Source: an uncultured Myxococcales bacterium (GTDB lineage Bacteria > Myxococcota_A > Polyangia > Palsa-1104 > JAEUJZ01). Taken from it: a stretch of 64,000 nucleotides of DNA. A program made the translations under genes and the position numbers. Of the stretch, positions 48,078 through 58,191 are shown piece by piece. Below the pieces are notes generated by a model. The model searched no databases. It worked only from the letters and a program-made list of their open reading frames with translations, and was not told the origin of the DNA. Within the stretch, counting starts at the first letter, position 1. Each line of letters opens with the position of its first letter. The DNA is taken from contig CAZHYV010000004.1 of assembly GCA_964537055.1 (NCBI GenBank), forward strand, positions 112,661-176,660. The letters run 5' to 3'.

Positions 48078-48650
48078 TCATCCTCCACAAACTTCTGCTT
48101 TTCTTTTTTCCGCCCGCTCAATCGACGCTTGAGTCTGTTTTATGATTCTCTCTTGCCTTTCTACTTCATTTGGGAAATTACTTGCTCGATATTCATCGGC
48201 TACCGCTTTCAGCCTGCCGATCTCCAGGTTACCTACCTCTCTAATTTTCTCCATAGCCTGGATGGCGTTTTGGCATCTGACCAGGTGCGAGTTGTCATTC
48301 GGAAAAGTTGATATAAATATCAAATCGAAAGTGCGAAGAAGCAAATGCAATGCACTTCTCCCAAGAGATGCTCCCGCAAAAGGAGCAACGACGTCTCCCG
48401 GGACCATCGTTGCCATAGAAGGATCGTCTGCCTGATCTATGTATTTAGATAATTCTTGTGAGGTTAAATGAGCGCTTCCAGCGACCACCCCTACCGATCC
48501 TCCACTACCTGGCAATTCTTCACCATTTTCAGCCTTGCCCGTCCCCTCAACCATTAGTTCTGTATCGGAACCTCCGCACCCTTGCAAAGCGATTCCCACA
48601 GTCATTAACCCTATCAACAAGTTAATTTTTTTAAATATTCTTTTCATCAT
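48078..48650 (-). CDS. hypothetical lipoprotein
   Basis: N-terminal signal with lipobox LQGCGGS; 190 aa. Confidence 0.4.
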   Translation of the reverse strand: MMKRIFKKINLLIGLMTVGIALQGCGGSDTELMVEGTGKAENGEELPGSGGSVGVVAGSAHLTSQELSKYIDQADDPSMATMVPGDVVAPFAGASLGRSALHLLLRTFDLIFISTFPNDNSHLVRCQNAIQAMEKIREVGNLEIGRLKAVADEYRASNFPNEVERQERIIKQTQASIERAEKRKAEVCGG

Positions 48651-48829
48651 ATTTTACAAAGTTCGTGTAAGTTTTCGTCGGATATGTATGTAGTATGTCA
48701 TCTTTTTTCAAGAAGGCAAGACCGATAAACACATTCTTCGCTAAACCATGAAGTTTTTTGACCAAAGGGGCACCTTTAAAAAGAAGGCGGTACCTTCGTT
48801 AGCACCATTCATTAGCGACTTGTCCTTCT

Positions 48830-49237
48830 TTACTCCTTTTGAATCGCTTTGGGATCCATGTAGACCAGCTCCCAAATATGCCCATCTGGATCCTGAAACC
48901 CGTGCTGGTACATAAATCCATGATCTTGCGCCTGATTGTAGGTTGTCCCCCCAGCAGCAACTGCTTTCTTTACCATCGTATCCACTTTGTCTCGGCTCTC
49001 GCACGAAAGGCAGACAAGCACCTCGGTTGCCTGAGTCGCATCACAGATCTTTTTTGGAGTAAATGTTTTAAATTTCTCCTCGATAAGCAGCATGATATAA
49101 ATCTCTTCAGAAACCACAATGCAAGCGGCAGTATCATCGGTAAATTGGTGATTCTGCTGAAACCCTAGCGTTAAGAAGAATTTAATCGACTTTTCAAGAT
49201 GTTTGACGGGTAGATTAACAAAAATCTTTGTGTTCAT
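48830..49237 (-). CDS. VOC/glyoxalase-family protein
   Basis: About 135 aa from the MNTKIFVNLPVKHLEKSIKFF start, with a beta-alpha-beta-beta-beta glyoxalase-like pattern and C-terminal DPDGHIWEL. Confidence 0.55.
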   Translation of the reverse strand: MNTKIFVNLPVKHLEKSIKFFLTLGFQQNHQFTDDTAACIVVSEEIYIMLLIEEKFKTFTPKKICDATQATEVLVCLSCESRDKVDTMVKKAVAAGGTTYNQAQDHGFMYQHGFQDPDGHIWELVYMDPKAIQKE

Positions 49238-49328
49238 ACGTACTCCCTTTGTACAATGTGGTAACACTGGCTTAAGCGCATTCATTCTACAATGCAAGTA
49301 CTTTCGATGACAAATGTACCAAAGAGAA

Positions 49329-49745
49329 TCATTCGCCTAGAATCTTGATCAAGACGCGTTTTTTTCGCTGCCCATCAAATTCTCCATAGAAGATGGATTC
49401 CCATGGGCCAAAATCTAACTTTCCCGCCGTCACCGCCACGACAACCTCACGACCTAAGAGGGTACGCTTCAAATGAGCATCCGCGTTGTCTTCCCCCGTC
49501 TGATGGTGCTGATATTTCTCGCGGTTGTAAGGAGCCAATTCTTCAAGCCAGGAAAGGATGTCTTTATGCAAGCCTGGTTCATCATCATTGATAAAAACGC
49601 TCGAGGTAATGTGCATAGTATTTACCAGGCACAAACCTTCCTTAATTTGACTCTGTGCTAAGGCTTTTTCAACCTCTTTGGTGATATTGATAATCCCGTA
49701 GCGATTAGGTGTTTCTATCCAAAGGTAGTCGGTATGGGTTTTCAT
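49329..49745 (-). CDS. YjbQ-family (UPF0047) protein
   Basis: 138 aa; [14 protein letters not shown]...[13 protein letters not shown] matches the YjbQ signature as recalled. Confidence 0.75.
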   Translation of the reverse strand: MKTHTDYLWIETPNRYGIINITKEVEKALAQSQIKEGLCLVNTMHITSSVFINDDEPGLHKDILSWLEELAPYNREKYQHHQTGEDNADAHLKRTLLGREVVVAVTAGKLDFGPWESIFYGEFDGQRKKRVLIKILGE

Positions 49746-49841
49746 CGTCTCAGTCCCTTGTGTTTCTATCCACTCAAAAGGTTTTTAAGGCAGATGCTTA
49801 CTCATGATGTAGATAAACACTTTTCCAGGACCAAGCAATGC

Positions 49842-50582
49842 CTAGAAGTACCAAGCAATGCCTACTCCAAAACGGACGCCCAGGCGTGGAGGAAGGTAGA
49901 CCTGATATCGGTAGACATCCAAAGCCCCTTGGGCAAATCCTCGAATATCAATCTGGAGGGCGAGGTGCTCTTTAAGCCGGACCTCAGTACCAAGCCCTAG
50001 GAACGCACCTAAGTATAGAGAGGGAGGGATCGTATAATAGCTGTACTGTCCAGAAAAATCAGGGACCGGATCAGCCCCAAAAAGAGCATTTAGCTGAAAA
50101 CCCGCAACTACATAGGGCATAAAAACTACTTTCTCTGGCTGGGGAGGAAGCGATAATAGATAAATCCTCAATCCTACCGAGGAGACAAACTCTACCAAAA
50201 GGTGGTCATCTAAATCTCTTGCATTTGAAATCAGGACACCCGGTGAAACCTCCAATGTAAGCCTGGGATGGAGCCGCCCCAAAATGTCTAGTTGAATGCC
50301 TCCATGGTAGTAGGACCACGTCCCTTCTTGGAAGGGATAAAAGACCCCCGATCCAAAAACTCCCGTCAGCCCTATTCCAAATTGGCGGTGAAACGTTTGG
50401 GAAAAGGCAGGAGGCTTCTTCAACGGAGAAACGGATGAATCCTTTTTAGGGGAAGGAGAAGCTTGGGCAAACGCTTTCGCTCCCAAAGAAGCTCCTTCGC
50501 ATAGGAGGAATAACCCTATAAAAAAAATCAAAAATTGCTTGAGCTTGCCCGTCTTCTCTAGCAGAGAAATCCAGTTTTTCAT
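49842..50582 (-). CDS. hypothetical secreted or outer-membrane-like protein
   Basis: Signal peptide and alternating hydrophobic beta-strand-like segments with a C-terminal aromatic residue (AWYF). Confidence 0.4.
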   Translation of the reverse strand: MKNWISLLEKTGKLKQFLIFFIGLFLLCEGASLGAKAFAQASPSPKKDSSVSPLKKPPAFSQTFHRQFGIGLTGVFGSGVFYPFQEGTWSYYHGGIQLDILGRLHPRLTLEVSPGVLISNARDLDDHLLVEFVSSVGLRIYLLSLPPQPEKVVFMPYVVAGFQLNALFGADPVPDFSGQYSYYTIPPSLYLGAFLGLGTEVRLKEHLALQIDIRGFAQGALDVYRYQVYLPPRLGVRFGVGIAWYF

Positions 50583-50625
50583 TAAAAGATATTCCTAGAA
50601 CTCTAAAGGGCAGGTCAAGTTTTTC

Positions 50626-53577
50626 TTAGTTCTCTCTTTCGTTTCTTTCGTCCTCGGGCACAATAATCCATAGATAACGCTTGATGGATTGATACACTGA
50701 GTGCCGTGCGGCAATTTCAATTCGGTTGATTCCTGGATGGAGAGGGACCTCTATCGCAACATGCATTTGGTTTGAAGGGATGGGGTTCGCTTGGTAGAAT
50801 ATTTTCTCTGGGGTTTGTTTTGGAGAGACCAATGTGACAAAAGCATCCTTGACCAACTCTTTGTGCTCGGCAGAAAATGAGATCATGACGGTTTTTGCTT
50901 TTGTGCTTAGCGGATACGCATCGACTTGGAGAGCCACTGTTTCTCCTTGCCAAGCCATCGCAGTTCCGGAAGAAGCTGCTTGATTTCGCATCCTGTGTTC
51001 TACGATTGGGAATGAGAATTCGCTCATGATGGGCTCTTCAAGCGTTTCCATATCAGCCAGGTAAAATCGGAACCAGGCTCTTTTTCCGGAATCATCGTGG
51101 GTAGCCAAAATCTCAAAATCCTTTGTAACTTCTTGGTTAGAGCCAAGGGTGCCTAGCTGATGTTTCCCTAAAGTCACGTAAAGCCCCTTGGCATTTACGT
51201 TTTGAAGAAAAATTTGAGCATCTTTCGCTATACCCTCCCCTATATTTTTTACAGTCAATCGCAACCTCACCCTTTCACCTAACTGGAGAAAGCCGCCGGA
51301 CGAGTGATCATCATGGACGAGCTCGTAACGGTAGACAAGCCTCGGCTTCGGGCTAGCGCTCGTCTCTACATGGACTGGTACCTTAACCGACTGCTTCGTG
51401 TGTTCCTCAAATATTTCTACCGTTCCGACATGGGCACACGCAGGTAAATACGCGGGGATAAAAATTTGTGTACGCCATAGTTTGGTCTCTCCGGGCAAAA
51501 TTTTACCCAGGACCCATTCTTTGCCCTCAAGCCATGGCTCCAGCGACCTAAGCTTGGCACGAACTTGGCTAGCAGGAGAAGAGCCCTGGTTGGTCACCTT
51601 AAGCACCCATTCTTCCGCCTTTCCCAAGGCATGCGGCACCCCTCCGGCCTGCTGTCCTGTCGCTGCCTGGAATTCATTTATAGTCTGGGCTCCCTGGACG
51701 AAAACCTGAGCAGTGAGGTTTGCCTTCCCATGAGACTCTTTCATAGATTCCCAATCGATTCCGTACTCTTTCAGCTTCTTTTGTAGTTCAATCTCATAGT
51801 CAGCCTCCTTTTGCTTCATCCAGGGAAGCGCCTGCTTCAGCATAAATTCTCGTCGCAAAGAAGTAGTGTGGGTTAAAAACTCGTATGCCATTTCCGCCAC
51901 AGGGTCCTTTGCACACGTTTCAGGTTCGACGGAGCAATTTGTAAAGAATTCAAAAGGTGTTGTAAGAGGTATCGATGCTTTTGGAAATGGCCAATCGTAA
52001 GGCTTTTTTTTCAGGGCAGAATCTCCAAAATAGTGCAAAGTAAAGGTGGGCTCTTTCTCATCATGTGGAAAACCAGAAAGAATGGGGTTGGGCGTATCTT
52101 TTTCTGCACTCCACACCTGATTTGGCTGCAGCAAAAGATGGTTCGTATCATCAAGATATTGAGGAAAAATGGCTACATCCGGGGTAATCCCAAGAGATTG
52201 TACAGGCTCCATCTGGGATAAAAAGTACTCAAGTCCTGTAATCCCTATCTCCATACCGCTGGGCAGGAAAAAATTGCCCTGCCCGATCCCCTTCCCTACA
52301 CTTTGTGTGCCCATAACAACGGCTCGGCCTGAAGATTGTAATGAACCTGCTACCATCTCCGCTCCCGAAACAGAACGACCATTGATCAGCACAACCATTG
52401 GAAACTCAGAAAAAAACCTGGAATCTTTTACCGCCACATCTGACGGATAGTACCATAGCATCATTTGTTGCTTCCAAGAGAGCTCTTTCAAAATACTTTG
52501 CGTTGTCTCTAGACTTCCCCCTAAGTTGTCCCTTAGATCTAAAACCAAGCCCTTTAATCCTTCTCTTTTTAGCTTGGTTAAGTCTTCATGAAAGTTGACA
52601 GCCTCATGTCCTTCGTTCATTCCATGTAGATGCATGTAACCAATTTTCTTTTCCTCCCCAGGATGCAAAAATATGCTGTAAACACCACGGTCAGGCTCTC
52701 TATCTCTCTTTACAAGGAGCCTAATACATCTTTCCACAGAGGAATCCTCCTTTCGGATACAGACGGGGAGCTCATCTCCCTTCCAAGACTTGATAAAGAA
52801 GGAAAGCTCTGTCAGATTCATTCCTCGTGGATCAAGCCCTCCTAAAAGTCGCACCTCATCGCTAGGTTTAATTCCCAATTCTTCGGCGGAAGAGCGCCCT
52901 AATATTTTACGAACATATAGCCCGTTCTTCGTTAAGGACAACACTAGGCCAAAACGACTAAGCCCTATCCTAGCCAGGCGTGGAGTAAAAGAGCTGTACA
53001 TATAATCATGACGGAGGAGATTCTGCATTCTCTGGCTCTCCGTAAAATTTGAATATCCTGTATGGGTATCAAAGAGCGAAAACATTCCTTCGATGGCCTT
53101 TTGCTCCAAAAACTGCTTCCAATTTTGTCTTTCTTGCGAATCTACGTAAGTGAGAATAAAGCGAAGAACCTCGGGCAAAATTTTACCCAATTTTTTCATC
53201 TCTTTCGGGATATACTTTGTAGGTTTTTCTGGATCTAAATTGTCCGAATCAGGCAAGAGAAAAATTTGAGAAGCGCCACCGAATGTGACCCTCACCTCCC
53301 TCTTTCTTATATCTGGAGTAACTTGTACCTCAGGCACCTGACTTGCAATTTGGGACAGCGCGCCAAGCATCATTTTTTGTGCATTTAGACGTCGTACATC
53401 TACATAATGCGAGGAGAGCAGCTTAACCGCCGCTTGGATGTCCTTCCCTAACACGATGTCTCTTCTTCGCTCCCGGTCCAAAGGCGCACATCCCGTTCCG
53501 ATTAGACTCGACACCAAACATCCTAGCCAAAGATAAAGCATGGTTTTTCTTGTCCACTTCTCCCGTACTTGTATCAT
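50626..53577 (-). CDS. S41-family C-terminal processing (tail-specific) protease, unusually long
   Basis: PDZ-like segment (YVRKILGRSSAEELGIKPSDEV) and an S41 catalytic region (VVLINGRSVSGAEMVAGSLQ). 983 aa with roughly 350 aa of extra C-terminal domains. Confidence 0.8.
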   Translation of the reverse strand: MIQVREKWTRKTMLYLWLGCLVSSLIGTGCAPLDRERRRDIVLGKDIQAAVKLLSSHYVDVRRLNAQKMMLGALSQIASQVPEVQVTPDIRKREVRVTFGGASQIFLLPDSDNLDPEKPTKYIPKEMKKLGKILPEVLRFILTYVDSQERQNWKQFLEQKAIEGMFSLFDTHTGYSNFTESQRMQNLLRHDYMYSSFTPRLARIGLSRFGLVLSLTKNGLYVRKILGRSSAEELGIKPSDEVRLLGGLDPRGMNLTELSFFIKSWKGDELPVCIRKEDSSVERCIRLLVKRDREPDRGVYSIFLHPGEEKKIGYMHLHGMNEGHEAVNFHEDLTKLKREGLKGLVLDLRDNLGGSLETTQSILKELSWKQQMMLWYYPSDVAVKDSRFFSEFPMVVLINGRSVSGAEMVAGSLQSSGRAVVMGTQSVGKGIGQGNFFLPSGMEIGITGLEYFLSQMEPVQSLGITPDVAIFPQYLDDTNHLLLQPNQVWSAEKDTPNPILSGFPHDEKEPTFTLHYFGDSALKKKPYDWPFPKASIPLTTPFEFFTNCSVEPETCAKDPVAEMAYEFLTHTTSLRREFMLKQALPWMKQKEADYEIELQKKLKEYGIDWESMKESHGKANLTAQVFVQGAQTINEFQAATGQQAGGVPHALGKAEEWVLKVTNQGSSPASQVRAKLRSLEPWLEGKEWVLGKILPGETKLWRTQIFIPAYLPACAHVGTVEIFEEHTKQSVKVPVHVETSASPKPRLVYRYELVHDDHSSGGFLQLGERVRLRLTVKNIGEGIAKDAQIFLQNVNAKGLYVTLGKHQLGTLGSNQEVTKDFEILATHDDSGKRAWFRFYLADMETLEEPIMSEFSFPIVEHRMRNQAASSGTAMAWQGETVALQVDAYPLSTKAKTVMISFSAEHKELVKDAFVTLVSPKQTPEKIFYQANPIPSNQMHVAIEVPLHPGINRIEIAARHSVYQSIKRYLWIIVPEDERNEREN

Positions 53578-53709
53578 CTGCTCCCCTAGTTGTGCCCCTG
53601 CTTATAACACATTCCTTTAGCGGCCTATAGGAAATCCATATGCAGTTTTTCTTGATCTTGTAAAAGATCCTTTTGGACGGCTCTCTTTGAAGCACAGCTC
53701 GAATCCATC

Positions 53710-54489
53710 TTGACATTTGTTCAGATTCATACAATTCTGCGGAAATCTATGACTACCTACAATAAAGGACCCTCTATGCAAACCAACATCTTCACTACGG
53801 CTAAGGCCTACCTAACGACTTATTTTACGCCCTTAGAAGAACTCGCTTTTCAAAGCGGTGTTCCCAAAGAGCAAATCCTCATCTGGGTGGGTCATGAATG
53901 CATGCCAACCGCTTCGTATGAACTTATCCATGGCACTACGCTACGTAGTTCTACCTGCACAGAGGTTTGGCCTTATTTGCAAGAGATTGAACTTTTCTTC
54001 CCAAAGAGCTTCCTCCAGATAATCAAAGAACTAGCAGGTTTATCCCTAGAGAGGTCTTTGTTTTCCTTAGCGGTATACCAAAAAGAGACATTTCAGCACC
54101 GATTTGAGGAGGAGTTTCAAAAACTGCCTCTTGCGAAGGAAGCCTTTCCCTCTCTATTTGATGGACAAGGGGTCCTTCACTTAGGAGAGTTTGAAACGTT
54201 TATAGAAGAAATCTATGAAAATTGGTTAAAGGGAACGTATGGGGTTTGGATCAGAAATAGCCACGTTCCCCAGCAGATTGCACAAAGCGAGATTGTTCAA
54301 AATTTTTTAAGATTATTCACGAAGGATGGGAAAAAACAGACCTATACTTCCTTGCAGAAAAAGCAAATTCTGCAAGCTCTCACCTGCTATGAAGGATTCT
54401 CCATGCCTCTGGGTCCTCACGATCACCCTACCAATGGCCAGAGACACCTACTAGAAAATGTTAAACAAACCCTAATGGTTAGCTCTTAG
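53710..54489 (+). CDS. hypothetical protein
   Basis: 259-aa ORF; unassigned. Confidence 0.35.
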   Translation: MTFVQIHTILRKSMTTYNKGPSMQTNIFTTAKAYLTTYFTPLEELAFQSGVPKEQILIWVGHECMPTASYELIHGTTLRSSTCTEVWPYLQEIELFFPKSFLQIIKELAGLSLERSLFSLAVYQKETFQHRFEEEFQKLPLAKEAFPSLFDGQGVLHLGEFETFIEEIYENWLKGTYGVWIRNSHVPQQIAQSEIVQNFLRLFTKDGKKQTYTSLQKKQILQALTCYEGFSMPLGPHDHPTNGQRHLLENVKQTLMVSS

Positions 54490-54680
54490 TGCGCTCCTCC
54501 ATCAAATCCTCTGATGTGCTTCTCGTCTGCCTTTGGGGTCCATCGCTTTTATGATGAATCAAGCTTATTTTTGGGCTCAACTTTTACGTCACGAAGCGAA
54601 AGGCAATTTTCAGAATTTCTTAACTTTTTCTTGCAATCTGAACATAGGTTTAGTAATCCTTCTTAAGAAAGGATTTTTCC

Positions 54681-54860
54681 ATGACTGATAAGATCTTTAC
54701 CTACAACCAGGATTCTTCTGTCTTTGCATTAAAACTCATTCAACAAATTGAAGATCTGCGACGAAAGGTTTACTTTCTTGAAGAGGTCTGTCGGAAACAA
54801 ATGGGAAGGATTATAGAACTCCAAACAAACTCCAAGGATGGCTTTTCTGGGATTACATAA
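54681..54860 (+). CDS. candidate small protein (59 aa, predicted helical)
   Basis: ATG preceded by aagga with 8-nt spacing; MTDKIFTYNQDSSVFALKLIQQIEDLRRKVYFLEEVCRKQ... It is below the ORF-track cutoff. Confidence 0.3.
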   Translation: MTDKIFTYNQDSSVFALKLIQQIEDLRRKVYFLEEVCRKQMGRIIELQTNSKDGFSGIT

Positions 54861-54870
54861 TAAATAAAGT

Positions 54871-55212
54871 TTAAATCGCTGACGCAGGCGATATATAGAT
54901 CTTTGCCTCAGACGAAGAGGAAGACCAATCCAAAAAGGGTAGGCCCAATTCCTGCATTCCTAGCCAGGTGACTCTGTCCTTAAATTCACCTGTGGTCATG
55001 TGAAGATTCAAAGCAACCAGCGCCAATAAAAGCGCTTGCACTGAATCTTCCCCCCACGCTTTGCTTTCAAAGCTATAAGAAGAACCCTTTATTCGATAAT
55101 TACATCGCCAAGAGCCCTCTTCACAGAGCGGTTTCTCGACATACACATTCATAAGATAGGATTGTCCGTCATCTCCACAATATAAAAATTGTCGTGTAGC
55201 TATTGTATCCAT
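54871..55212 (-). CDS. hypothetical protein
   Basis: About 113 aa from the MDTIATRQF start; unassigned. Confidence 0.35.
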   Translation of the reverse strand: MDTIATRQFLYCGDDGQSYLMNVYVEKPLCEEGSWRCNYRIKGSSYSFESKAWGEDSVQALLLALVALNLHMTTGEFKDRVTWLGMQELGLPFLDWSSSSSEAKIYISPASAI

Positions 55213-55546
55213 GCGGCCTCCTTGGATGTAGCATCTACACACAATCAGTGTTTCGAAAGAAGATCAAGGAGTTTATTTATAAATTGGAGATAAGAGCTTT
55301 ACCAGATGAAGAGCTTAGCTTCTCCGAAATTGGCAACTCTATGGAGGAGCTTACAGTCAAGGCAAATCCATCTTCAATGAATTTAGGTTTGAGACAGTGA
55401 GGTATATATGATGAAAAAACCGATGATTTTCTTTTTGCAAGAGTACTTATCTTCCGTAAAGGGTGATGTGGGATTGCCCTCTTCCTAAAACTGTAGTTAT
55501 CACTCGGATTGCGGCAAAGATACAGAATTGAGTAAGTTTTACACTG

Positions 55547-55870
55547 CTACTGAGCAGCCATTCGAGTGCTTGGCATGGCTTGGCAAGTGTAACATCGGTT
55601 TGCTTCGACAAAGTAACTTTTTGTCCCCCCTTGGATGTTTCCATCAATCATTATGATATAATCATCTTTACAGAACACCTGGATGTTTTGCTTTGAAACA
55701 TGACCCTGGGTCCCATCACTCATTGTACATGCTTCTACCGTAGATACCTGCTGTACTTCAATAAAACCATCAGGTTTAGGGTCAGAGTAAGTTACGGTTA
55801 CATTACCGCAAGCGCCAACACCCAGTGTAAGCATCATACCTAAGTAGAGACGGTTTATATATTTTTTCAT
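55547..55870 (-). CDS. hypothetical small lipoprotein
   Basis: Signal with lipobox LGVGACG; 107 aa. Confidence 0.4.
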   Translation of the reverse strand: MKKYINRLYLGMMLTLGVGACGNVTVTYSDPKPDGFIEVQQVSTVEACTMSDGTQGHVSKQNIQVFCKDDYIIMIDGNIQGGTKSYFVEANRCYTCQAMPSTRMAAQ

Positions 55871-56164
55871 AAAATTCCTTCGTATAGTAAAGATTTAATA
55901 AATCATTGGAAAACAGAGCCACGGAGAAATAGAGCCACATGTAGACCAATCAACCACATAAGGCTTAAATTTCTACAATTAACTACAATGTAGCACATAT
56001 CCTACCCTGTTCAATCAGAAAGTGACCTGTTCAATGGTTAAGGAAGATTAAATATTGATTTTTCCATAAAAATTTGCAGGAGAAAAATTTTGAAATTAGT
56101 TTATGCGATAGGCTCATTGCGAATCATGCAGAAAAATTAAGAAACAACGACATTTTCTCAATAG

Positions 56165-57184
56165 TTATGGTAAACGTTTTTCTCCGTGGAGATAACTGTA
56201 CAACCTCGGCATTTGAATACCCTTGATATCAAAATAGGATTTATTTTCAATTCCAATAAGATAGTGTGTATTTAGCAGATGTCCAAAGGTATCTCTTGTA
56301 AAAACAGCGCCATCTAGATTGACCTCACCCCTTTTTCTTGCATGCTCGGCAAGGATGCCAACTTTACAGACGATGTCTTTTTCATTGGCAAAATGTTCTA
56401 GGTACGGCACTGGATTCTTTTCCTGGCCAGCCCCATGCTGCATATCATTTGCACAGTTGGCAAAGGTATATACTTCGATTTTATCCAAAAGTTCGGGATA
56501 TTCTTTCTGAAGGCGCTTAAGAATTTTCGATAGGATGAGGTTTCCCTGGGAGTGGGCTAAAATAACAATTCTCTTTAGCTCCTTAGACGTAGCATAACCT
56601 ACGATCCGTTTATACATAAAATTCTCTGATCTATCCGAGGTACCAAAAATTCTCTCCTTCACACACTCGAGAACATCCATAACCCACCCTTGGGTTGGAT
56701 GGAAGAAGATGTCGACACTTCTACCAAACAGAGAGGCGATGTAATTCCCATGCATTGCAGCGACAAGCTGGTTGGTAAACATTCCATTAATATAAACCCA
56801 TTTCTCCTTGGGAAATGTTCTGCCTTCGGTGCTAGAAAAAATTCTGACCTGGTTCTCCGTACGCGGAGCTCCTTGGCTAGCGTGCAGAGAATATTCAAGT
56901 GCCTTTTTTGTAAGCTCATTTGGGTATTTATCCTCATGTCGCATTCCATATTTTTTTGTTAAAACAAACAAAAGACCATGAAGAAGAAGGTGCGTTTGCA
57001 GAGAAAATGGACTTTTTTTATGGAGGTGAAATAGGTTGTACTCAGACCAGGGATGGTATGGGGGAATGAGTCCTTCACTTTCTCCAAAAATAGATTTAAT
57101 ATTATTTAGCGGAAGCCGATACAAACTTTCATTGGCCAATTCAAGAAACAGCTTCAAGTTTTCGGCATAGCGAAGAGGCTGCAT
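56165..57184 (-). CDS. alpha/beta-hydrolase (lipase/esterase-like) protein
   Basis: Nucleophile elbow ILAHSQGN (GHSxG-type) with alpha/beta periodicity; 339 aa with no signal peptide. Confidence 0.5.
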   Translation of the reverse strand: MQPLRYAENLKLFLELANESLYRLPLNNIKSIFGESEGLIPPYHPWSEYNLFHLHKKSPFSLQTHLLLHGLLFVLTKKYGMRHEDKYPNELTKKALEYSLHASQGAPRTENQVRIFSSTEGRTFPKEKWVYINGMFTNQLVAAMHGNYIASLFGRSVDIFFHPTQGWVMDVLECVKERIFGTSDRSENFMYKRIVGYATSKELKRIVILAHSQGNLILSKILKRLQKEYPELLDKIEVYTFANCANDMQHGAGQEKNPVPYLEHFANEKDIVCKVGILAEHARKRGEVNLDGAVFTRDTFGHLLNTHYLIGIENKSYFDIKGIQMPRLYSYLHGEKRLP

Positions 57185-57312
57185 CTTGATAGGATATCAT
57201 AAAATCTCTTGCCCACTCCAGGAAAGAGATAGAATCTTACGTGCAGCTGCATCAAAAAGGATTATGTTATCTTTAATTTTCTAAGCAATATTCCTTAAGT
57301 GATGGAGGTATA

Positions 57313-57921
57313 GTGATGCAAGTAATGTTAGGTTCTCGTGTGAGAAAAACCCTTCGGTCTAGAAACTCATCTGTGCTCCTGCTGCTAGCAGCTCTTCTGC
57401 TCTTTCCCTTTTTGTCGGATGCTGCACAGACAAAGCAGCCTTTGGGACATTTGCGAGCAGAGGCTTCGATTCAAGGCAAAAGTAGCTATGATCTAAAAGG
57501 AGAACTTTCCTGCGATCAAGCGGGAAAGCGTGTAGTGTGTATCGTACAGCTAAAAAATGCACCTGTCGGAACCCATGGAGTCCACCTCCACGAAAAAGGG
57601 GATTGTTCGGCTGAAGATGCTAAATCCGCAGGAGAACACTTCAATCCCACGCAAGTAAAACATGGTTCTCCTTCAGAGAAAGAACGGCATGCTGGTGACT
57701 TTGGAAATATTGAGGTAAAAAAGGATGGGACAGGGACGCTGGTTGTCTCTACAGAACAACTTAGCCTTACCCCAAACCTCCCCAACTCGGCCATCGGCAA
57801 AGCAATTATTATTCACAGCGCGAAGGATGATTTTGTCTCACAACCTGCTGGCAATTCAGGTACGCGAATTGGGTGTGGTGTGGTTCAATCAGAGAACATA
57901 ACAGGTAATCCTATCCGATAG
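57313..57921 (+). CDS. sodC: Cu/Zn superoxide dismutase
   Basis: Signal peptide; GVHLHEKGDCS, HAGDFGN and GNSGTRIGCGVV copper/zinc ligand motifs. Confidence 0.9.
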   Translation: MMQVMLGSRVRKTLRSRNSSVLLLLAALLLFPFLSDAAQTKQPLGHLRAEASIQGKSSYDLKGELSCDQAGKRVVCIVQLKNAPVGTHGVHLHEKGDCSAEDAKSAGEHFNPTQVKHGSPSEKERHAGDFGNIEVKKDGTGTLVVSTEQLSLTPNLPNSAIGKAIIIHSAKDDFVSQPAGNSGTRIGCGVVQSENITGNPIR

Positions 57922-58191
57922 GCAAACCTATCTTCCAGCGTAAGTTCTTCTATCGTTCAAGCCCTTCTTTTCTTATTTCTCCTATCATTCCTCTCTTATT
58001 TCATCTTTTTGTCCTATCCATTCTTACATTTCGGCAAGTTAGCATCAAAAAAACCACAACATAATTTTCCCATATAAAATAAATATATAGAAGATTAATT
58101 CAAGTTTTATTTATTTTGTATTCATTAACAATCTTGTTATTGATATAATAAATTCCCTAAATCTTTTTCTAATCAATAATATTACTATTTA

